Source: a virus
Lineage: Duplodnaviria; Caudoviricetes
IMG/VR virus record: IMGVR_UViG_3300032753_000045
Span: 1 to 50,175 of that record
DNA: 50,175 bases
Strand: one strand, 5' to 3'
Part shown: one piece after another, positions 44,961-50,175 of the stretch
How the letters are laid out: every line of letters starts with the position of its first letter
Numbering within the stretch: the stretch's first letter is position 1
Program-made: the position numbers and the translations under genes
The notes under the pieces: generated by a model
Told to the model about the DNA's origin: nothing
Database searches by the model: none
Seen by the model: only the letters and a program-made list of their open reading frames with translations

Positions 44961-45146
44961 ATGAAAACATTAAGCGAATTAGTAGCGGATCAAGGAATGG
45001 TAGAAAGCAAGGAAATTAAAAAGTTAATGAGTAGTTATAAAAGGCGCTGGAACAATATTAGCGGGCGCGGTTTTCCTAGTTATAGGGGGCAATCTACCGC
45101 CGAATATGTAAGCCAATTTTTAAGCCAAAACCATTTAACCCCATAA
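44961..45146 (+). CDS. Early hypothetical protein (MKTLSEL...)
   Basis: ATAGAGGATTAAACAAAATG leader, also present at 45210. Confidence 0.65.
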   Translation: MKTLSELVADQGMVESKEIKKLMSSYKRRWNNISGRGFPSYRGQSTAEYVSQFLSQNHLTP

Positions 45147-45166
45147 TAAATTACCAGTTAAAACGC

Positions 45167-45188
45167 CCCGCCTTGCGCGGGGTTTTTT
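45167..45188 (+). terminator. Intrinsic terminator
   Basis: CCCCGC-loop-GCGGGG plus T6. Confidence 0.7.
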
Positions 45189-45226
45189 GGCGGTTAATTT
45201 TGACCGGCAATAGAGGATTAAACAAA

Positions 45227-45391
45227 ATGAGCAAATACTACATTTTTAAAAACCTATGCAAGGGCGGCGCGTTTTACTGTAACGGCACCCGCTATATTAA
45301 GCGATCAAATAGGACGGCAGCGCTAGCCGAAAACCCCGCCCGGTGGTTTTATTTTGGGCAATATGATCTATGCACCTTTGAAAGATACTGA
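45227..45391 (+). CDS. Early hypothetical protein (MSKYYIFKNL...)
   Basis: Same 21-bp leader as 44961; F..L..G..F..NG..YIK.S.RTA pattern. Confidence 0.65.
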   Translation: MSKYYIFKNLCKGGAFYCNGTRYIKRSNRTAALAENPARWFYFGQYDLCTFERY

Positions 45392-45811
45392 TTAAAAAGC
45401 GCCGCCATAAGGCGGCTATCTATTATTAGCCCCTAGCCCCTAGCTATTCGCTAGCGGCTATCCGGCGGGCTATTGTCGCGAATATCGCGCCGCTATCAGG
45501 CGCGCGGGTTATTGGCGAGAATAGCGCCCCTGCACTATTCGCAAGCCGCGCACCTTGCGTGCTATCTTGCGCCCTTTAAAAATTTGAGTGTATCGCGGCG
45601 ATATATAGCCGCCCGCGCCTTATGTTATTAAGGGCGCGCCCCGCTAACCCTGATAAACAAAGGGCGGCAAGGTTTTGCCCTTGCTTAAAGTTAAGGTAAA
45701 ACTTTAAAAAAGCGCCGTAAACCGTTGATTTTGCTATGTTTTTTGATTTTATAAGGGTAAACCCTATGATGCACAGCAACAAATTATTGGGTTACATCGT
45801 GGTTTAAAAAA

Positions 45812-45882
45812 GTGGGGCTACTCGCTGCGTCTGGTCGGCTATGTAGTCACAACCCAACAACCCAGCATCCGCTTTCGACCCC
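45812..45882 (-). ncRNA. Putative structured RNA element, copy 2 (GGGGUC-GAAAGCGGAUGCUGG...CCAGACGCAGCGAGUAGCCCCAC)
   Basis: Nested stems GGGGU/GCCCC, CUGG/CCAG, GGUUGUG/CAUAGCC; followed by a U run; related to 1877-1951. Confidence 0.55.
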
Positions 45883-45890
45883 TAAGAGGA

Positions 45891-46052
45891 CTAACTTGCT
45901 TTGCTTGGGCGTCCGCCCAGCTTACCGTTATTGCGTACAGCCTGTGTTTTAGCAGGCGATGATACATGCCCGCCCTTTGTGCCCAAAGCTTTAGCTGCTT
46001 TTGACAGCGTAAACTTGACGGCTCCAGAATCGTTACGAGTTGGTTTGTTCAT
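45891..46052 (-). CDS. 53-aa basic KGG-type protein (AAKALGTKGG...NGKLGGRP)
   Basis: Manual translation; recognisable small basic phage family. Confidence 0.7.
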   Translation of the reverse strand: MNKPTRNDSGAVKFTLSKAAKALGTKGGHVSSPAKTQAVRNNGKLGGRPSKAS

Positions 46053-46096
46053 ATTATTTTCCATGAAAAATGCTAAACCTAAGCGCTTAGGGTACC

Positions 46097-46273
46097 CTAG
46101 TGTAACCTACATGGGGTGTACATAACATACCCTTCGGGCGCGGACAACAAACGCAGGATTGCCTTGCTTTCAATCAATTCAGCCAGCTTCATCAGTTCTG
46201 GCTCAACGCACACAATTTCCAGTGCGTTAAAGCCAGCCTGTTCACTAAGATCAAATAGTTCTTCTTGAGTCAT
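46097..46273 (-). CDS. 58-aa hypothetical protein (MTQEELFDLSEQAGF...)
   Basis: AGGAGG RBS. Confidence 0.6.
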   Translation of the reverse strand: MTQEELFDLSEQAGFNALEIVCVEPELMKLAELIESKAILRLLSAPEGYVMYTPCRLH

Positions 46274-46291
46274 AGCTAAATCCTCCTTAAC

Positions 46292-47299
46292 CTAATCATT
46301 TAGGTTTTGTTTAACAATGTCAATACCTTCTCCAATCCATTGCATTACAGGCACTGCCATTGAATTACCTAACGCTTTATATCTCAAACCATCTGGTGAA
46401 GCTAAACTTTTACGCCAAGGAACATTCGTAAAGTTATCAGGAAAACCCTGTAATCGCTCACATTCAACGGGTGTCAATCTTCGTATGGTAGCGTTATTTT
46501 CAATCAATGGCACGTTGCCTCCGCCTGTACCCCAACGGCTTGTCACTGTTTGACAAGTTTCACCCATTTCTTTAACACGGCTATCCGCAGGGTGAGTTTC
46601 ATATGCCTTTTGAACTATGAAGGTTTCACTTCCTCCAGCGAGGACTCCACCGCTTGCTTTAAGGGTTTCTGCAATATCTCCCTCGCGATATTGAGCAAGG
46701 CTACTTTCAAAGTACGCGGGAGATCCTTTTGTCGGCGATGGGCGCGGCGTAATATCCCGGCGCAAGCTATTTTGCTCAAATAATACTGCGGCGGTAGGTC
46801 GCCAATCTCCAAGGTAGCCGACAACAAACACTCTTCTGCGTCGCTGTGCCACTCCGAAGAAACGAGCGTCCAACACTCTGTAGGAGAACCCATACCCGAG
46901 TTCTGCCAACGCCCCGAGGAAGGAACCAAAGTCCCGTCCTCCTGACGATGACAAGACACCGGGGACGTTTTCCCAGACGAACCATTTTGGCTTAAAGTGG
47001 TCAAGCATGCCACAATAGACGAGTGCCAAGTTACCGCGCGGATCATCCATTCCTTTTCTAAGCCCTGCGACTGAGAAAGATTGGCAGGGAGTTCCGCCGA
47101 CGAGGAGGTCAATTGATTCATTTAAGTTCCATTCTTTGTATTTAGTCATGTCACCAAAGTTTGTGACAGTTGGATAGTGATGCGCTAACACCGCAGACGG
47201 AAAAGGTTCTATTTCAGAAAAACCAGAAGCTTTCCATCCCATATGATGCCAAGCCATCGTCGTTGCTTCGATACCACTACAAACTGATAAGTATCGCAT
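46292..47299 (-). CDS. DNA cytosine-5 methyltransferase
   Basis: SVCSGIE, GGTPCQSFS, WENVPGV, QRRRRVF, RRLTPVECERLQGFPD, YKALGNS. Confidence 0.95.
   Translation of the reverse strand: MRYLSVCSGIEATTMAWHHMGWKASGFSEIEPFPSAVLAHHYPTVTNFGDMTKYKEWNLNESIDLLVGGTPCQSFSVAGLRKGMDDPRGNLALVYCGMLDHFKPKWFVWENVPGVLSSSGGRDFGSFLGALAELGYGFSYRVLDARFFGVAQRRRRVFVVGYLGDWRPTAAVLFEQNSLRRDITPRPSPTKGSPAYFESSLAQYREGDIAETLKASGGVLAGGSETFIVQKAYETHPADSRVKEMGETCQTVTSRWGTGGGNVPLIENNATIRRLTPVECERLQGFPDNFTNVPWRKSLASPDGLRYKALGNSMAVPVMQWIGEGIDIVKQNLND
46615..47121 (-). CDS. Overprinted +1-frame ORF resembling the beta polypeptide of M.EcoHK31I-type methyltransferases
   Basis: 168-aa ORF wholly inside the MTase gene; LS..LE.GD.P..YYLS..AC.GILRRA.RR.K.LP..L..AL motif. 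Confidence 0.55.
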   Translation of the reverse strand: MNQLTSSSAELPANLSQSQGLEKEWMIRAVTWHSSIVACLTTLSQNGSSGKTSPVSCHRQEDGTLVPSSGRWQNSGMGSPTECWTLVSSEWHSDAEECLLSATLEIGDLPPQYYLSKIACAGILRRAHRRQKDLPRTLKVALLNIAREILQKPLKQAVESSLEEVKPS

Positions 47300-49638
47300 T
47301 ACGCACTCCGTTTCATATCTAATACTACGGCTTTTGGCTCAGGTGGTACCTCAATCATACGCCGTAAATCCGATTTTTTGTATTGATCCTGAACCTCTGG
47401 CGCCACAAAAATATGCTTTTTGTTGGGGTAATCGTTCGATGCAATCCGCCCCATGTCTACCCAGCCCGCCTCTTTAAGTGCATGAAGCAAAGCGCTTTGG
47501 GGTACCTTGGTTCCCGATGGCGCAAGGCTAGCTAGCTTATCGCATACGATATGGAACGGCGAACCAATTACGCCGCGAGCAAACTCACCGACGCGGTTTT
47601 TGAGCATTTCTACGATAAAGGATTCAGCCATTGACCTACCATGCTCAATCAAATTCATTTTGAACTCAGTCATGCCCGGCGTTTCGCCCGGGTTAAAGTG
47701 TGATACGTCGCGATCCCACAAGCTAGCAGCTATTTGCTCAAAGCCCCCAGCGTTATACCAATCCCAAATGCGTTTACCTTCACCATTAGTCATGCGAGGT
47801 GTATCCGATTGGATACAAAACCATCTTCTATCTTGTGATGCCAAACTAATAGGAATTTGCTCATTCGAGAATGCCAATACGAATAGCCTATTAGCCATCT
47901 GGTATGGGTGTAAACCCTTACGATTGATGTTGAGCATCTCGGGAGGCGCTGCAATGATTGGCTTGAGTTTGTTCGCCAATGCACGGCGAGCGGCTGCGTC
48001 TGGCTCTTTCAATTCGTTGATAATCAAAATCTCTGATTCGAGGTCATATCCCCACTGCGAATGCAAGCTATCGCTATCCATGTAACCGCGATTCTTTAAA
48101 CGCGCTCCACAGACTGACCAGATAAACGGCGCCCACATGGTATCTTTGCCGCAACCTTCATCGCCCACATGCAATACTGCATGGTTAATTTTGATGTTTG
48201 GATGCTGAAGTTTGAACGCCATAATATCGAGCAAGTGATTGCGGTCTGCCTCGATTGGCACAAGGCGCTCGAGCAAGTCTGTCCACATGGAAATATCACC
48301 GACCTCTACATCTTGTATATCGGGTCTAGCATCTACCCAACGATTGCCGTACACATCACCTTCACGCCCAACAAATACGGATTCGCCAGCCGCGTAGGTA
48401 ATACCAACTAAAGCTTTGGCATTGTGAGCTTGTCTGTTTTCGTCGTAGCAGACTGAGGCTTCAATTTTGCGTCCTGTGTGAACTGATCGGCAATTAATAT
48501 GTCGAAATATTGCGTTAAACGTGCCTCGAGAGATCTCCCGTCTTTCGACAAGATCGAAGTAAGCGTCGTCGTCTTGGACATACGCGAATCGTTCATACCA
48601 ATCTTCCTTTTCTATTCTGGCTAACTCTTTTCTTTCTATTTCCGCAATGATTTTGGAAGCATCAGAAAACATGGTTGTTGGCGTAATTAGCTCTAAAGCC
48701 TTAGCCATTTTTTCGGTTAATAATTCGGAGCGAACTCCGGGTTGATGTTTTGGCGCGCCATTGTCGGCTGCCCATTCAAGATAAGCATGCGAATCAAACG
48801 ACTGGCAATGCTCGTGATAGCAGCAAAATGCCCGATTGACGGGGTGATAACGTGCCATTGGGTTGCCATCGCTATGTTCAGCACTGTTGGGGCAAACGAT
48901 ACCGTACCACCCAGCGCCATTGGCTTTCTCGAGCAACATACCGTTATCGGAAACCCATTGCAGTATATCGTCGTCACCATCGTCAGTGAGCGCGATACGC
49001 TGCATGGAGGCTGTGTCTGCATCATTCGGCACAACCCCCAGCGCGTCGCAGATTTGCTCAAGCGTAAACTCACGCTCGGCATTAAATTCTATTAGTTTGG
49101 CAGCAAAGTTATCCTTGCCAGCCTTTAGATTGATAGAGCCGGGTACGCGCACGTTACGCACTGCGTTCGTGGCTCCCCCATCAGTGTATCCAGCGGCAGC
49201 AATCGCCGTAATTGCAGCGGTGAACTCACCTTTAGATGGCTGGTTATCAAAGTCAAATATGTAACCCCACTGCTGATTGCCGGGAGATGTTTCGATCTTC
49301 CATGTTGGTTCGAGCGGCGGTGTCTTAGACTTGGTTCCGATGTCATCTAACATCAAAAAGAGCACATGCTCGCAATTGGCAGATGAAGCAGATAGCTTGC
49401 CGTTCTCAAAACGATCGATAATGAAACTACCTGTGTTGACGTACAAGGCTGTTTCAGGCTTGATTTTGGTTGGCAGAGAAGGCAACCAAGTGTATTTTGG
49501 GGTGCCATCGTTATGCAGAACAGGCTTACCTTCTTTTTTAACAGGTTTTTGCTGAACTAAAAGTAGTGTTTCGCCTTCTGCTGGGAGTTTTGCTAAATAT
49601 TCAATGAAATCAATCTGTGATATTATTTTGGAAGCCAT
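47299..49638 (-). CDS. Primase (RepB/AEP-like) - SF3 helicase fusion
   Basis: LMLDDIG, IETSPGNQQWGY, C..H...C.HEHC zinc motif, GDEGCGKD Walker A, FSN, DRRW. Confidence 0.9.
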   Translation of the reverse strand: MASKIISQIDFIEYLAKLPAEGETLLLVQQKPVKKEGKPVLHNDGTPKYTWLPSLPTKIKPETALYVNTGSFIIDRFENGKLSASSANCEHVLFLMLDDIGTKSKTPPLEPTWKIETSPGNQQWGYIFDFDNQPSKGEFTAAITAIAAAGYTDGGATNAVRNVRVPGSINLKAGKDNFAAKLIEFNAEREFTLEQICDALGVVPNDADTASMQRIALTDDGDDDILQWVSDNGMLLEKANGAGWYGIVCPNSAEHSDGNPMARYHPVNRAFCCYHEHCQSFDSHAYLEWAADNGAPKHQPGVRSELLTEKMAKALELITPTTMFSDASKIIAEIERKELARIEKEDWYERFAYVQDDDAYFDLVERREISRGTFNAIFRHINCRSVHTGRKIEASVCYDENRQAHNAKALVGITYAAGESVFVGREGDVYGNRWVDARPDIQDVEVGDISMWTDLLERLVPIEADRNHLLDIMAFKLQHPNIKINHAVLHVGDEGCGKDTMWAPFIWSVCGARLKNRGYMDSDSLHSQWGYDLESEILIINELKEPDAAARRALANKLKPIIAAPPEMLNINRKGLHPYQMANRLFVLAFSNEQIPISLASQDRRWFCIQSDTPRMTNGEGKRIWDWYNAGGFEQIAASLWDRDVSHFNPGETPGMTEFKMNLIEHGRSMAESFIVEMLKNRVGEFARGVIGSPFHIVCDKLASLAPSGTKVPQSALLHALKEAGWVDMGRIASNDYPNKKHIFVAPEVQDQYKKSDLRRMIEVPPEPKAVVLDMKRSA

Positions 49639-49660
49639 TTAATCCTCTAGTTATTGGTTA

Positions 49661-49696
49661 GAAAAGGTTTGAATCTCCGTGGGTTCAAACCTTTTC
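49661..49696. terminator. Strong hairpin between polA and the primase gene
   Basis: GAAAAGGTTTGAA...TTCAAACCTTTTC 13-bp perfect stem. Confidence 0.55.
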
Positions 49697-49718
49697 GCTT
49701 TATTGGACACTCAGTTTA

Positions 49719-50175
49719 CTACTTTCCGTAACGCGTCATAATCTTAATCTCCACATCTAAGGGCAAACCCTCACCCCAAGCTGGCGCTGCACGCATAACG
49801 GATTCCATCTCACATTTTACTTCTTCTGGGCGGTCTGTTTCGATGACGATTTCATCATGGACATGCAATACAACGTCATCGAGCTGGCGTAAAGAATTAC
49901 GCAAAATATCATTAGCAACCGCTTGAGTAATGTTTTCACAAGCTAGACCTTTCCACAACCTAGCCCTAGCCCATTCGGTAGCCATCGCAGCGGGTTTCCA
50001 CGCAGCTTTGGCGTAAGATATCCCCTCCTCATCTAAGCGGGCATAGGGATAGCATAACACGCGCCCGCTCGGAAGTGCATACCAAAGATGCTGCGTATCA
50101 TACAAATACGTTACGCGACCCGCGCTAAATTCATAGCCCGGATTACGCATCGCTCTGGTATAGGCTGACTCAAGT
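49719..50175 (-). CDS. polA: Family A DNA polymerase, C-terminal part
   Basis: LPSGR.L.YP, ENITQAVA.D, LHVHDEI (motif C). Confidence 0.92.
   Translation of the reverse strand, partial: LESAYTRAMRNPGYEFSAGRVTYLYDTQHLWYALPSGRVLCYPYARLDEEGISYAKAAWKPAAMATEWARARLWKGLACENITQAVANDILRNSLRQLDDVVLHVHDEIVIETDRPEEVKCEMESVMRAAPAWGEGLPLDVEIKIMTRYGK
50007..50175. repeat. Terminal direct repeat, right copy
   Basis: Matches 1-169. Confidence 0.95.

Noticed and set aside
45576-46125. Track ORFs 45576-45782 (-) and 45901-46125 (+)
   Set aside because: No convincing RBS. The second is antisense to a better-supported KGG-type gene at 45891-46052.
1-50175. tRNA genes, integrase or CI-like repressor
   Set aside because: None recognised in intergenic regions or ORFs by eye; tRNAscan-SE and HMM searches would be needed to exclude them fully.

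Overview
The window is an essentially complete, circularly assembled genome of a contractile-tailed dsDNA phage. The unit length is about 50,006 bp, because bases 1-169 repeat at 50007-50175. Its virion module resembles the Bcep781/DUF2213/DUF3383 myophage group. The host is Gram-negative (embedded Rz/Rz1 spanins) and, by inference only, probably a freshwater betaproteobacterium. It encodes a PolA/primase-helicase/SNF2/Cas4-like/VRR-NUC replication module, a C5 DNA methyltransferase, a lysis cassette, three glycosyltransferase ORFs beside a very large Ser-Gly-X-repeat fibre, a full head/tail operon and a compositionally distinct early region. I found no integrase, repressor, tRNA, CRISPR array or reverse transcriptase. 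The most striking unexplained feature is a ~455-bp non-coding array at 8025-8486. It holds about nine different paired or palindromic operator-like sites between convergent genes and is a candidate DNA decoy (operator-sponge) array. Other leads are a XerC/XerD dif-like site in an integrase-free phage, two copies of a structured RNA-like element, a loop-bulge kissing RNA after the capsid gene, a Nudix-containing head-protease polyprotein, an overprinted methyltransferase beta-type ORF and a candidate fibre-glycosylation module. All protein family assignments come from motif recognition by eye, not database searches.
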